Positions 42,252 through 52,903 are shown, counted from the stretch's first letter. The stretch is DNA of 64,000 bases from an uncultured Corynebacterium sp. (GCF_946223165.1 NZ_CAMIBP010000004.1:15949-79948), one strand, 5' to 3'. Notes: generated by a model from the letters alone, not told the origin. Translations and numbers: made by a program.

Positions 42252-43004
42252 ATGTCCCTCGAAAGCATCATCGCCGACCACTACGACCCCGCCTCCGCAG
42301 CCGCGCGCAAGGAGGCGTTGGCCGCGGGCCTCGAGCGCACCCGCGCCGACATCGCCGCGCTTGCCGATGCCGCCGGGCGCCCGGCGCCCCAGCTGCTGCC
42401 GGTCACCAAGTTCCACCCCGGCGCCGATGTTGCCCTGCTCGCGCAGCTCGGTGTCCACGACGTGGGGGAGAACCGCGAGCAGGAGGCCCGAGCCAAGCAT
42501 GAGCACCTACCGGAGGTCGCCTTTCACATGATCGGTCAGCTGCAGACCAAAAAAGCCAATCATGTGGCCCGCTGGGCCGCGTCGGTCCATTCGCTGGACT
42601 CGCTCAAACTAGCCGCTGCCTTGGAGCGCGGCGTGGCGCTGGCCCTCGAGCGCGGGGATCGCGGCGAGGCCAACGCGCAGCTGCCGGTCTTCCTCCAGGT
42701 CTCCTATGACGGAGACGTCGCGCGCGGCGGCGTGCCGCTGGGTGAGGTCGACGAGCTCGTCGGCGCTGTCCTCGACTCCGCGCACCTTAACCTGGCGGGA
42801 TTCATGGTGGTGCCGCCGATCGGGGAGGAGCCGCGCCGCGTGTTTGGCGAGGTCCGGGCGCTGACCGACCGCCACGCGGCCGCCACCGGGCTGGAGCTGC
42901 GCATGTCCGCGGGAATGAGCGGCGATCTGCGCGACGCCATCGAATCCGGCACAGATATTGTGCGTGTCGGAACTGGAATCATGGGACCCCGACCATTACC
43001 TTAG
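42252..43004 (+). CDS. yggS: YggS family pyridoxal phosphate homeostasis protein
   Basis: PLP-binding Lys context (LPVTKFH). Start abuts the pgeF stop (TAAATG). Confidence 0.85.
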   Translation: MSLESIIADHYDPASAAARKEALAAGLERTRADIAALADAAGRPAPQLLPVTKFHPGADVALLAQLGVHDVGENREQEARAKHEHLPEVAFHMIGQLQTKKANHVARWAASVHSLDSLKLAAALERGVALALERGDRGEANAQLPVFLQVSYDGDVARGGVPLGEVDELVGAVLDSAHLNLAGFMVVPPIGEEPRRVFGEVRALTDRHAAATGLELRMSAGMSGDLRDAIESGTDIVRVGTGIMGPRPLP

Positions 43005-43073
43005 AAACAACGCAAAAGCGCATTTCACAGCACAAGTTTCAACCACTCATTGAAGGTTAGAGGGAGACCAACA

Positions 43074-43565
43074 ATGTCTTTTATTGATCGCACGAAGGAG
43101 TTCTTCGGACTCGCCCCGGTCGACATCGATTCCATGGAGCATGAAGACGCCTACTACGCGGACGAGCGCGAGGCCCAGGCAGCCCATGCCGCCCACGGCT
43201 CCCGCGACCAGCGCGCCTACGAGTCCAATGGCTCCGTCGCCTACGCTCCGCGCACCTATGAGCACGACTCCACCCCGGAGTTTGAGCCGCACATCGTGTC
43301 CGTTTCCCTCGTCAGCTACAAGGACGCCATGCAGGTCGGTGCGCCGTTCCGCGATGGTGACGCCGTTGTCTTCGAGCTCACCGATGCCGACAAGGACAAC
43401 GCCCGCCGCCTCATCGACTTCGCCGCCGGTCTGGTCACCGCCATCGACGGCAAGATGATCAACCTCACCAGCGACCTCGACACCGACCGCAAGGTATTCG
43501 CTATCCTCCCGCAGGGTGTCACCGTGCCGCGCGTCGAGCTGGAGGAGGCCGGCCGCCTGCGCTAG
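43074..43565 (+). CDS. sepF: Cell division protein SepF
   Basis: N-terminus MSFIDRTKEFFGL (membrane-targeting helix) and C-terminal SepF domain. RBS AGAGGGA. TTG 43050 is upstream in frame. Confidence 0.85.
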   Translation: MSFIDRTKEFFGLAPVDIDSMEHEDAYYADEREAQAAHAAHGSRDQRAYESNGSVAYAPRTYEHDSTPEFEPHIVSVSLVSYKDAMQVGAPFRDGDAVVFELTDADKDNARRLIDFAAGLVTAIDGKMINLTSDLDTDRKVFAILPQGVTVPRVELEEAGRLR

Positions 43566-43728
43566 TCGCGCGCCGCGATCCCGCTGCCTTTCCCGCCCCC
43601 ACGTAGCCGCCTGTGTGGTGTGCAGCGCGGGGTGGTGGTGTGTCCGGAGAAGGTCCGGTGGCCTTCTCAGTGCTCACACAGGTGGCGCACACCCACCGGC
43701 GGGGGTAGTTCGGCTAGGGTGGACTATC

Positions 43729-44022
43729 GTGACTCAGATTGGACTAATCCTTTACGCGCTTATCCGCTTGTACGCGTTGGTGCTCATCATCCGCATCATC
43801 ATCGAGATGATCCAGAGCTTTTCGCGTCAGTTCAACCCGCCGCGGTGGTTCATGCGCTTCGCGGAGCCGCTGTTTATGGTGACCGATCCCGCGGTCAATG
43901 GCCTGCGCCGCCTCATCCCGCCGCTGCGCATGGGCGGTATTGCCCTCGACGTCTCCATCATCGTTTTGTTCCTGCTGCTGTCCATTCTGGGCAACATCGT
44001 CTACGCCACGATGGTGGTCTAG
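43729..44022 (+). CDS. YggT family membrane protein
   Basis: 97 aa, two TM, YggT/Ycf19 pattern. GTG 43729. The upstream part of the 168-aa ORF is low-complexity. Confidence 0.7.
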   Translation: MTQIGLILYALIRLYALVLIIRIIIEMIQSFSRQFNPPRWFMRFAEPLFMVTDPAVNGLRRLIPPLRMGGIALDVSIIVLFLLLSILGNIVYATMVV

Positions 44023-44032
44023 CGCCCTCCCG

Positions 44033-44070
44033 GCCCCGCGCCGGCGGCCGGCGCGGGTCAAGAATTTTTG
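44033..44070 (+). terminator. Rho-independent terminator after yggT
   Basis: GC palindrome CCCGCGCCGG..CCGGCGCGGG followed by TCAAGAATTTTT. Confidence 0.55.
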
Positions 44071-44229
44071 CGTGAACCTGTACTTAATGTTCATGCGCGC
44101 GCCGAAACCGCTACAATGAGCTGAACAATATTTAACATTGTCCTGTCGCGGGCGTTTCGCCGTACCGTGATGAACCAGACCCCGGCTGCATAATTCGGGG
44201 TGTTCCGACCTGAAGGGGAAGAAGAGTCA

Positions 44230-45369
44230 ATGCCGCTGACACCCGCAGATGTACATAACGTCGCTTTCAGCAAGCCGCCGATTGGCAAGCGCGGCTACAA
44301 CGAGGATGAGGTGGATACCTTCCTCGACCTCGTGGAGGACGCTCTTGCGCAGCTCCAGGATGAAAACGACGATCTTTCCGCACAGGTTGAAGACCTCAAG
44401 GCCCAGGTGGAGTCCGGTGCCGGTGCCGCCGCGGGCGCCGCTGGTGCGTCCTCCAAGTCGGATGTGGACGAAGCCGCCCTGCGCAAGGAGATCGAGGCCA
44501 AGGTCAAGGCCGACTACGACAGCAAGCTCAAGGCCGCACAGGACGAGGCTGCCAAGGCCAAGTCTGAGGCCGCCGCCGCCACCAAGGCTGCCGATGAGGC
44601 TAAGTCTGCAGCGTCTGCTGCGTCCGCACAGCCGGCCGCCGCAGGCGCCGACGCTGCCGCCCTCAAGTCCGCTCAGGAAGAGGCCGCCAAGGCCAAGTCC
44701 GAGCTCGAGGCAGCGAAGAAGGAGCTGGAGACCGCCAAGAAGGACAACGAGCAGCTCCGCAAGGCCGCATCCAACAACCAGAAGTCCGCAGCCGTCGCCC
44801 CGGCCGCTGGTGCCGCCGCCGGTGCGGGCCTCGCCACCGCCGAGACCCACATGCAGGCCGCCAAGGTCCTGGGCCTGGCCCAGGAGATGGCCGACCGCCT
44901 CACCAACGAGGCCAAGGCAGAGTCCGAGTCCATGCTTACCGAGGCTCGCTCCGCGGCCGAGAAGCAGCTCGCCGACGCCGACTCTCGCTCCAAGAACCAG
45001 CTGGCTGAGGCTCAGAAGAAGTACGACGCCCAGCTGCTCGACGCTGACACCCGTTCCAAGAAGCTCGTCTCCGACGCTGAGGCCAAGGCCAAGCAGACCG
45101 AGACCGACGCTACCTCCCGCGCCGAGGCCCAGATTCGCCAGGCCGAGGAGAAGGCTGCCGCTCTGCAGGCCGACGCCGAGAAGAAGCACACCGAGGTTAT
45201 GAACACGGTCAAGCAGCAGCAGACCGCCCTCGAGACCCGCATCTCCGAGCTGCGCACCTTCGAGCGCGAGTACCGCACCCGCCTCAAGACCCTGCTCACC
45301 TCCCAGCTGGAGGAGCTGGAGTCCCGCGGCTCTGCCGCCCCGAACGGTGACGCCGGCAAGACCAACTAA
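44230..45369 (+). CDS. divIVA: DivIVA (Wag31) polar growth scaffold
   Basis: N-terminal DivIVA domain ([27 protein letters not shown]) and long coiled-coil. RBS GAAGGGGAAG. Confidence 0.9.
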   Translation: MPLTPADVHNVAFSKPPIGKRGYNEDEVDTFLDLVEDALAQLQDENDDLSAQVEDLKAQVESGAGAAAGAAGASSKSDVDEAALRKEIEAKVKADYDSKLKAAQDEAAKAKSEAAAATKAADEAKSAASAASAQPAAAGADAAALKSAQEEAAKAKSELEAAKKELETAKKDNEQLRKAASNNQKSAAVAPAAGAAAGAGLATAETHMQAAKVLGLAQEMADRLTNEAKAESESMLTEARSAAEKQLADADSRSKNQLAEAQKKYDAQLLDADTRSKKLVSDAEAKAKQTETDATSRAEAQIRQAEEKAAALQADAEKKHTEVMNTVKQQQTALETRISELRTFEREYRTRLKTLLTSQLEELESRGSAAPNGDAGKTN

Positions 45370-45490
45370 TCTGGCGCGGCCCCGCGCCGTAACCCCAGCG
45401 CCCCTCGCGCGAGCAGGATCATGTTCGCGCAGGGGCGCTAGTGTTGTGGGAGACAGTCCCGCACACTCATTGACCTCAAGGAATCTCATC

Positions 45491-45661
45491 GTGCTCATCG
45501 CCGCGCTTGTCCTCGCGCTCGTTGCCTTCTTGGCCCTCGTCTTCTACGTGATGACGGCCCAGACCGTTGCTCTCGTCGCGCTGTTTGTCGCGGCCGGATT
45601 GGGCATCATCTGCTTCCTCGTGGACTGGATCCGCAAGGCCCGCCACGACAGGAGGAAGTAG
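45491..45661 (+). CDS. Small single-pass membrane protein (Rv2144c-like position)
   Basis: 56 aa, hydrophobic core with basic tail. GTG start with RBS AAGGA. Stop (TAG 45659-45661) directly abuts the ATG of the next gene at 45662 (TAGATG). Confidence 0.4.
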   Translation: MLIAALVLALVAFLALVFYVMTAQTVALVALFVAAGLGIICFLVDWIRKARHDRRK

Positions 45662-46357
45662 ATGGAGCAGCCCGCATACATCGTCATCCTTGTCGAGCCC
45701 GACCGGGACTCCACCGGCGCGCTCGCGCCCGGCGAGCGCGGCGTGGCGGCAGAGGCCATCGAGCGTCTTGGCCGGCCCGAGCAGACCTCGCCGGTCATTG
45801 ATGCTGTGCTCGGGGCCGTCCGCGGCTCGTTCCCGCAGGCCCAGCTCGCCGGTGATCGCGCCATCGCCATCGACTGCGCCGAGGACGGCCTGGAGGATCT
45901 GCTGGGCGCTGTGGCGGGCGGCATCGTCAAGTTCGGCCTGCAGATGACCGTGCAGCCTGGCTACAACGCGCTTGCCTTCGGCGATGACGACCCGCGCTAC
46001 CTCACCCGCACCATCGACCACGAGGTGCCGTTCGCCTCGCCCATCGGCATCGGCGAGATCCTGCAGCGCTTGCGCATCGTCCAGCAGGAGCTCGACGCCC
46101 AGGCCGGGCCGGGGCAGGGCATGGCGGACTTCGTCATCGTCGCGGACGCCACGCTGACTGGCGAGCACTACATCCAGTCCTTCTACGATGGCGTGGAGCA
46201 AGGATTCACCCTCGAGGTGCGTCTGGGCGACGGAACGCAGCACTTCCAGATTGCCCGCGTCACGCTCGAGGCCGCCGTTGCCGTGTTCCGCGCGTGGATG
46301 CGCGGGGAGCGCGATTTCGTCGACTCCAAGTGGAAGAAGCTTGACTTTGAGGTGTAA
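45662..46357 (+). CDS. Conserved hypothetical acidic protein downstream of divIVA
   Basis: 231 aa, translationally coupled to the preceding small ORF. No recognisable catalytic motif. Confidence 0.5.
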   Translation: MEQPAYIVILVEPDRDSTGALAPGERGVAAEAIERLGRPEQTSPVIDAVLGAVRGSFPQAQLAGDRAIAIDCAEDGLEDLLGAVAGGIVKFGLQMTVQPGYNALAFGDDDPRYLTRTIDHEVPFASPIGIGEILQRLRIVQQELDAQAGPGQGMADFVIVADATLTGEHYIQSFYDGVEQGFTLEVRLGDGTQHFQIARVTLEAAVAVFRAWMRGERDFVDSKWKKLDFEV

Positions 46358-46380
46358 ACTAGTGCCTCGTATGCACTGAT

Positions 46381-46565
46381 CCGGCCATCACCGGGGAGCA
46401 TTCCGGAAGAACGCGCGCCGCGGGCGCGTCAGTAGAACCGGGCGGGTGGGACCGTTATCTCCTTCACCAACAATGAAGCGGGCGTCTGCGGGCGCCAAGC
46501 AGGGTGGTACCGCGAGCCGCAAGGCGCGTCCCTGCAGTAGTTCGATTGAGTGAAGGAAGAATTCT
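46381..46565 (+). ncRNA. Ile-specific T-box leader, translational type
   Basis: T-box consensus AGGGUGGUACCGCG at 46501-46514, containing the UGGU bulge that pairs with the tRNA NCCA end. Short hairpin CCGG-CCAUCA-CCGG presents AUC (Ile) plus a purine at 46387-46390. Anti-SD CTCCTTCAC (46459-46467) is complementary to the ileS SD GTGAAGGAAG (46550-46559). Confidence 0.6.
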
Positions 46566-49500
46566 ATGGCCGACGTCGGCAGCGTATACCCCAAGGTTGA
46601 CATGACCGGTGGAACGAGCACGTTCCCGGTCATGGAAGAGATCGTGCAGAAGTACTGGAAGCAGGACGACACGTTTCAGGCAAGCCTGAAACAAACTGAA
46701 GGCTGCCCGGAGTACGTCTTCTATGACGGCCCGCCGTTTGCTAACGGCCTGCCGCACTACGGTCACCTGCTCACCGGCTACGTTAAGGACATCGTCCCGC
46801 GTTACCGCACCATGGCGGGCAACTACGTGCCCCGTGTGTTTGGCTGGGACACTCACGGTCTGCCGGCGGAGCTTGAGGCGGAGAAGCAGCTGGGCATCAC
46901 CGACAAGTCCCAGATTGAGGACATGGGCCTGGCCAAGTTTAACGAGTACTGCGAGAAGTCCGTCATGCAGTACGCCGGCGAGTGGGAGGACTACGTCAAC
47001 CGCCAGGCCCGCTGGGTGGACTTTGACAACGGCTACAAGACCCTCGACATCAATTACATGGAGTCGGTCATGTGGGCGTTCAAGGAGCTCTACGACAAGG
47101 GTCTCATCTACCAGGGCTTTCGCGTCCTGCCGTACTCCTGGGCCGAGCACACGTCGCTGTCCAATCAGGAGACACGCCTGGATGACTCGTACAAGATGCG
47201 CCAGGACCCGACGCTGACGGTGACCTTCCCGGTTACCGGCGCCAAGGCCGGCTCGGCCGCCGAGTCCACCCTGGCGGCGCACCCGGAGCTTGCCGATGCC
47301 GCCTTCCTCGCCTGGACCACCACTCCCTGGACCCTGCCGTCCAACCTGGCCCTGGCCGTCAACCCGACCGTCACGTACGCGCTGTTCCGCGCCACCGACG
47401 GCGACTTTGCCGACCGGACCTTCGTCATGGCCGAGGCCCTCGTGCCGACTCTGGCCAAGGAGCTGGGCGAGGCCGAGGTGCTGCTCACCGTCTCCGGCGC
47501 GGAGCTGGAAGGCTTTACCTACCAGCCCATCTTCCCGTTCTTCCCGGATGCTCGTAACGCCTACCAGGTGCTCAACGCGGACTACGTCACCACCGAGGAC
47601 GGCACCGGCGTCGTCCACCAGGCCCCGGCCTTCGGTGAGGACGATATGGCCACGACCAACCGTTACGACATCGAGCTGGTCATCCCGGTTGACGCGGACG
47701 GCAAGTTCACCTCGCTCGTTCCGCCGTACCAGGGCCAGCTGGTCTTCGACGCGAACAAGGACATCATCAAGGATCTCAAGGCCGCGGGACGCGTCGTGCG
47801 CCACGTGACCATTGAGCACTCCTACCCGCACTCGTGGCGCTCCGGCGAGCCGCTCATCTACATGGCCCTTCCGGGCTGGTTCGTCAAGGTCACCGAGTTC
47901 CGCGACCGCATGGTCGAGCTCAACCACAACGAGATCGAGTGGCTGCCGGAGCACATCCGCGACGGCCAGTTTGGCAAGTGGCTTGAGGGCGCCCGCGACT
48001 GGAACATCTCCCGCACCCGCTACTGGGGCGCGCCGATCCCGGCGTGGGTTTCCGACGACCCGCAGTACCCGCGCGTGGACGTCTACGGCTCGCTGGACGA
48101 GCTGGAGCGCGACTTCGGCGTGCGCCCGACCTCGCTGCATCGCCCGTACATCGACGAGCTGACCCGCCCGAACCCGGACGACCCGACGGGTACGTCCACC
48201 ATGCGCCGCGTCCCGGACGTGTTGGACTGCTGGTTCGAGTCCGGCTCCATGCCGTTCGCGCAGAAGCACTACCCGTTCGAGAACAAGGAGTGGTTCGAGA
48301 CCCACTCGCCGGCGGACTTCATCGTGGAGTACTCCGGCCAGACCCGCGGCTGGTTCTACGTCATGCATGTGCTCTCCACCGCGCTGTTTGACCGCCCGGC
48401 GTACAAGAAGGTCGTAGCTCACGGCATCGTGCTGGGCAACGATGGCCTCAAGATGTCCAAATCTAAGGGCAACTACCCGAACGTCAATGAGGTCTTCGAC
48501 CGCGACGGCTCCGATGCCATGCGCTGGTTCCTCATGTCTTCGCCCATCCTGCGCGGCGGCAACCTCATCGTCACCGAGCAGGGCATCCGTGAGGGCGTGC
48601 GCCAGGCCATCCTGCCCATCTGGAACGCCTACACCTTCCTGCAGCTCTACGCGTCCCAGGAGGCTACGTCCGACACGTCCTCGACCAACGTATTGGATCG
48701 CTACATCCTGGCTAAGACCCACGACCTCGTAGAGCGCACCAACGCGGCCCTGGCGAATACCGACATTGCCACCGCCACCGAGGAGGTTCGCCTCTTCGCC
48801 GATGCCCTGACCAACTGGTATGTGCGCCGCTCCCGCGATCGCTTCTGGGCGGGTGAGGCCGAGCACTCGGAGGCCTTCAACACGCTCTACACCGTGCTGG
48901 AGACCGTCACCCGCGTCGTGGCTCCGCTCCTGCCGCACGTCGCCGAGGTGATCTACCGTGGCCTGACCGGCGAGCGTTCCGTCCACCTGGCCGCGTACCC
49001 GAAGGCCGAGGATTACCCGGCCGACGATGCCCTCGTGGCCGCCATGGACGCGACCCGCGCCGTGGCCTCGGCGGCATCGTCGGTGCGCAAGTCCAACAAG
49101 CTGCGCAACCGCCTGCCGCTGCCGAGCCTGACCGTCGCCATGGCGAATTCCGCGCAGCTGGCCGACTTCGCCGACATCATCCGCGACGAAGTCAACGTCA
49201 AGGAGGTCACGCTCACCGACGATGTCGACTCCGTGGGCACCTTCGAGGTGGTCTGCAATGCCAAGGTTGCCGGCCCGCGCCTGGGCAAGGACGTGCAGCG
49301 CGCCATCAAGAACCTCAAGGCGGGCAACTACGAGCGCCGGGGCTCCGAGGTGCTCGTGGACGGCGACATCGTGTTGACGCAGGACGAGTACACCGAGCGC
49401 CTGCAGGCGGCGAACCCGGAGTCGACGGCCCGCATCGACGGCCTCGACGGCTTGGTGGTGTTGGACACCACCGTTACCGAGGAGCTTGAGGCCGAGGGCT

Positions 49501-49748
49501 GGGCTGCCGACGTCATCCGTGGCCTCCAGGATGCCCGCAAGGCGGAGGACTTCGAGGTCTCCGACCGCATCGCTGTGGTCCTGTCCGTGTCTGCGGACAA
49601 GGAGGAGTGGGCACGCCGCCATGCTGAGCACATAGCGGCCGAGGTACTGGCCACGGAGTTCACCGTGACCACGGATTCCTTGGAGGGTAACCCGCTGACG
49701 GTACACGAGGTGGTCAAGGGCGCAACCGCCACTGTCGCCAAGCAGTAG
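46566..49748 (+). CDS. ileS: Isoleucine--tRNA ligase
   Basis: 1060 aa. HYGH (PHYGHLLTG) and KMSKS (KMSKSKGN) motifs. Editing domain present. Preceded by the T-box leader. Confidence 0.95.
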   Translation: MADVGSVYPKVDMTGGTSTFPVMEEIVQKYWKQDDTFQASLKQTEGCPEYVFYDGPPFANGLPHYGHLLTGYVKDIVPRYRTMAGNYVPRVFGWDTHGLPAELEAEKQLGITDKSQIEDMGLAKFNEYCEKSVMQYAGEWEDYVNRQARWVDFDNGYKTLDINYMESVMWAFKELYDKGLIYQGFRVLPYSWAEHTSLSNQETRLDDSYKMRQDPTLTVTFPVTGAKAGSAAESTLAAHPELADAAFLAWTTTPWTLPSNLALAVNPTVTYALFRATDGDFADRTFVMAEALVPTLAKELGEAEVLLTVSGAELEGFTYQPIFPFFPDARNAYQVLNADYVTTEDGTGVVHQAPAFGEDDMATTNRYDIELVIPVDADGKFTSLVPPYQGQLVFDANKDIIKDLKAAGRVVRHVTIEHSYPHSWRSGEPLIYMALPGWFVKVTEFRDRMVELNHNEIEWLPEHIRDGQFGKWLEGARDWNISRTRYWGAPIPAWVSDDPQYPRVDVYGSLDELERDFGVRPTSLHRPYIDELTRPNPDDPTGTSTMRRVPDVLDCWFESGSMPFAQKHYPFENKEWFETHSPADFIVEYSGQTRGWFYVMHVLSTALFDRPAYKKVVAHGIVLGNDGLKMSKSKGNYPNVNEVFDRDGSDAMRWFLMSSPILRGGNLIVTEQGIREGVRQAILPIWNAYTFLQLYASQEATSDTSSTNVLDRYILAKTHDLVERTNAALANTDIATATEEVRLFADALTNWYVRRSRDRFWAGEAEHSEAFNTLYTVLETVTRVVAPLLPHVAEVIYRGLTGERSVHLAAYPKAEDYPADDALVAAMDATRAVASAASSVRKSNKLRNRLPLPSLTVAMANSAQLADFADIIRDEVNVKEVTLTDDVDSVGTFEVVCNAKVAGPRLGKDVQRAIKNLKAGNYERRGSEVLVDGDIVLTQDEYTERLQAANPESTARIDGLDGLVVLDTTVTEELEAEGWAADVIRGLQDARKAEDFEVSDRIAVVLSVSADKEEWARRHAEHIAAEVLATEFTVTTDSLEGNPLTVHEVVKGATATVAKQ

Positions 49749-49822
49749 GTTATCCACACAGGGCGCGGCCTTATGGCCCGTTCCTGAACCTGCTTCGTGG
49801 GGTTGTCCACAGGAAAGCTGAG

Positions 49823-49860
49823 AGTCCCTCGCGCAGCGTGCGCGGGGGACTTTACGTTTA
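49823..49860 (+). terminator. Candidate terminator after ileS
   Basis: Near-perfect hairpin AGTCCCTCGCGCA-GCG-TGCGCGGGGGACT followed by TTACGTTTAT. Confidence 0.5.
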
Positions 49861-49865
49861 TATGC

Positions 49866-50873
49866 ATGACCTTGCAGACACTGTTTGCCGCGCTGGGCCG
49901 CGGGATGGACCTCGTGGAGGAGGTGGGTGGCGCTTCCGCCGCACAGCTCATCGCGGTGGGTTGCCCCGACGTTCTGGCGCGCAGCCTCGTGCGCCTGCAC
50001 CGGGCCTTCTGTGGCCCGACGGCGTTTACTCGCCAGCAGCGCCACGCTGCCGCTGCCGCCCGTGCTGCGGGCCATAGCCTGCCTACGCTCGAAGTCATCG
50101 AGGCCGCAGCGAAACGCCTGCGTCTGGAACGCGACAAGTGGGAGCTGCGCGTGCGGTTGTGCAGCACGCGGGGAACGACCTCTCAGATCAAGAAGGCGGC
50201 CGATGCGCTGGTGCTGGATCTCAAAGGTGCACCCGCGGCACCGGCCGAGGGCTTGAGCGTGCGGCGCCGGCGGGACAACATCTGGACGCTGTGCGTCACC
50301 GGCCCGGCCGCGCTCGTGGCGGAGCTCTACGATCCGTTCAAGAAGGCTAAGGATCCGGTGCGGGCGCTCCATTCTGCGGTCACCGAGGGCGGCGGCGTGC
50401 GTACTGTTCTCACGCCGCACGTGGTCATTCGCCTCGAGGATATGGACAAAATCCTGTCCGGCGATGGGGAAGAGGTCACCCTGCTCACGAGCAACGGAGT
50501 GGAGATGACCGGCGCGGACCTGGCGCGGGCCGCGCTGTCGGACGCGGGCTACGTGACGTTGCTGCACCCCGTGGAGGGGCCCGTCAATTCGTACGATGCT
50601 CGGTTTGGCACTTTCAAGCATTGGGTCATGGCGGTGGCTGAACACCAGCGCTGTGCCTGGGATAAATGTCTCAAACCGGCGGACGAGTGCCAGCTGCACC
50701 ACCTCGTGGCGTACTCGCGGGGCGGGCCGACGGCGCCGAAGAACCTCGTGAATTGCTGCGCGGGCCATAATCGCATCAATGACGATGACCCGGATGCTCC
50801 ACCGAAGTATGGCCGGCTGGAACGCGGCTATGGCGGCGTCCGCCGGGTGTGGCGGGGAAAGGCCCAGGATTAG
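49866..50873 (+). CDS. DUF222 / HNH endonuclease family protein (REP13E12-like)
   Basis: C-terminal HNH motif (CQLHHLVAYSRGGPTAPKNLVNCCAGHNRIND). N-terminal DUF222-like region. No clear RBS, and ATG 49797 is an alternative start. Lies at the left edge of the non-syntenic block. Confidence 0.65.
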   Translation: MTLQTLFAALGRGMDLVEEVGGASAAQLIAVGCPDVLARSLVRLHRAFCGPTAFTRQQRHAAAAARAAGHSLPTLEVIEAAAKRLRLERDKWELRVRLCSTRGTTSQIKKAADALVLDLKGAPAAPAEGLSVRRRRDNIWTLCVTGPAALVAELYDPFKKAKDPVRALHSAVTEGGGVRTVLTPHVVIRLEDMDKILSGDGEEVTLLTSNGVEMTGADLARAALSDAGYVTLLHPVEGPVNSYDARFGTFKHWVMAVAEHQRCAWDKCLKPADECQLHHLVAYSRGGPTAPKNLVNCCAGHNRINDDDPDAPPKYGRLERGYGGVRRVWRGKAQD

Positions 50874-50882
50874 GTCACGGGC

Positions 50883-50908
50883 GAGGACTCAGGCGCGGGT
50901 GGTGAACA
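50883..50908. terminator. GC hairpin between convergent HNH gene and MFS pseudogene
   Basis: GCGCGGGTGGTGAACACCCAGCGC. Stems GCGC/GCGC and GGTG/CACC. No U-tract. Confidence 0.3.
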
Positions 50909-50952
50909 CCCAGCGCCCTTGTGGCATGCCTGGAATTTCTAGCGCTGAATTC

Positions 50953-52253
50953 TTAGCGCTGCACGCCCGGCAGGTGCGCGCGCCACGCGAAGACGACGTT
51001 GATGAGGCAGGCCACCGCGAGGATGGTGCCGATGACGAACAGAGCGGTGAACCCGACGTAGGGTGCCAGGGCGCTAAACGCCATGGGGATGAAGAACCCG
51101 AGGTAGGACACGGAGTAGAAGACCGCGGTCAGGCCAGCGAGTTCCTTTTCGCCGGCGATGCGCTGGACCTCAGAGAGGCCGGCGACGAGGGCTAGGCCGT
51201 AGCCCGCGCCCATGATGGCGGCGGCCGCGATGCCCAGCGGCAGCGACAGCGTGTGCGCCGCGAGCGCGGCAAGCCCGGCGCCAACCGCGATGACGGCCAT
51301 GGCGATGGCGGACGCGCGGGCGGACTTGTGGGTATCGATGAGCTTGCCCAGCATTTGGATGCCGACGCCGCAGCCCAGCGTGACGACAGTCATGAGGCCG
51401 GAAAGGCGATGGGGGTGTTGCCTGCTGAGGTGCTCAGCAGCTGCGGCAGGAGGGCGTAGGCGGCGCCGGCGCAGCCGAAGACCCACGGTGCGACCGGGAC
51501 CACGACGCGCAGGAAGCGGCGGTGTGCTGCCGAAGGGATGCGCAGCATGTCCAACATGTCGCGGATGCGCAGCTCGAGGACGGTGTTCTTCACATCGCCG
51601 AGGCGCGGTGCGCGGGTCTCCGGGGTGGTGGTCAGCCACCAGGCAGTAAACAGGGTCAGGGCGATGTGCAGGAGGTAGGCGGTGTGCGTGGGCCACGGGC
51701 CCCACTGCGCCAGGACGGACGCGATGCCGGCGCCGACGAGGAAGCCGGCGGTCAGACAGAGCGAGGCCTTGCGGGCACCCGCGGCCGGATCGCCGCCGGC
51801 GCGGGCGACGAGTTCGGTGACCCACGTCGACCCGACGGCCATGACGAGGCCGAGCGCCATGCCGCACAGCACGCGGCCGGCGGCGATGACGAGAGGCTCG
51901 TGGGGGCCAATCGACAGCAGGAAGGAGCCCAGCAGCGACAGCGGCGCGGCGGGCAGCAGGGTCGGCTTGCGGCCGATGAGGTCAGACAGCGGGCCGCCGA
52001 TGAGCAGCGCCGGGATGATGCCGAGGACGTAGGCGCCGAGCAGCCCGTTGACCGTGACCTGGCTAAAGTGCGAGGTTTCCCGGTACATGACGAGCAGCGG
52101 GGTGAACTCGTTGCCGCCCCACGCCACGGCCACCATGGAGGCCGCGACGGGGAACCACGCGCGGGGGCCGACAGTTTCGGGCACCCGAGGCGCCGGGGCT
52201 GACTCGGCCGCGGGCGCCGCGTGGGGAGTGGGGGTTAGGTGTGTGACGGTCAC
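50953..52253 (-). pseudogene. MFS transporter interrupted by a frameshift
   Basis: The N-terminal 287-aa ORF (52253..51390) and the C-terminal MFS half (frame of ORF 51867..50953, meaningful from about 51420) join if one C is added to or removed from the C5 run (plus-strand G5 at 51401-51405). The ORF reads ...NTPIAFPAS* and the other frame reads ...PHRLSGLMTVV. Confidence 0.6.
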
Positions 52254-52903
52254 AGTTGGTTCCTTGAATGATTCAGGTGGTCGGTGAGGATGGTGGCGTA
52301 GGCGTCCGCATCGCCGGCCGCGAGTGCTACGGCAAGCTGGGTGTGTCCGTCAACGAATTCATAGGCGCGCTCGACGTTGCGGCCGATGGCCGTGGCCGTG
52401 AAGCGCTGTTGCCGCTCGCGCAGCAGGTGTCCCATCTGGGCCAGGAGGGAGTTGCCGCCGTGGTCCATGACGGTCTGGTGGAACACTGCGTCGAGCTCGG
52501 TGTATCCCGCCAGGTTGTGGTGGTCTAGGGCCGCCCTTTGCTTGACGATGATCCCCTCGAGCAGCGCCGCGACGTCCTCGCGGTGGCGCTGCGGCATGGC
52601 GCAGATCTGCGCCGCACAGTGCGACTCGACTAGTTCGCGGGCCTCGTAGACCTCGCGAATGTCCTCCTGGTTGATGGGGACGACGAGCGCGCCGCGCTTG
52701 GGGTAGAGCTTGAGGAAGCCCTCGACCTCGAGGCGCAGGAAGGCCTCGTGGATGGGGGTTCGGGAAAGCCCGAGTGCTTCCGCGACCTCACCCTCGGAGA
52801 GCATGGTGGTGTCGGGGAACTCGCCGCTGATGATACGTGCCTTGACGTGGGCGTAGGCGCGCTCGGCGGCCGGGGTTGCATTGAGCATGCATCTATCTTG
52901 CAT
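52250..52903 (-). CDS. GntR family (FadR/FCD subtype) transcriptional regulator
   Basis: wHTH (LSEGEVAEALGLSRTPIHEAF) plus C-terminal FCD-like helical domain. Start may be ATG 52888. Stop overlaps the GTG start of the MFS gene (GTGA). Confidence 0.8.
   Translation of the reverse strand: MQDRCMLNATPAAERAYAHVKARIISGEFPDTTMLSEGEVAEALGLSRTPIHEAFLRLEVEGFLKLYPKRGALVVPINQEDIREVYEARELVESHCAAQICAMPQRHREDVAALLEGIIVKQRAALDHHNLAGYTELDAVFHQTVMDHGGNSLLAQMGHLLRERQQRFTATAIGRNVERAYEFVDGHTQLAVALAAGDADAYATILTDHLNHSRNQL

Noticed and set aside
44073-44100. GAAC-N11-GTTC element upstream of divIVA, considered as an SOS box.
   Set aside because: The spacer length is wrong for LexA and there is no flanking TCGAAC.
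50953-51867. A 304-aa ORF called as an independent gene.
   Set aside because: Only its C-terminal about 150 codons encode MFS TM helices. The N-terminal part is out-of-frame sequence of the same MFS gene. It is treated as a frameshifted single gene.
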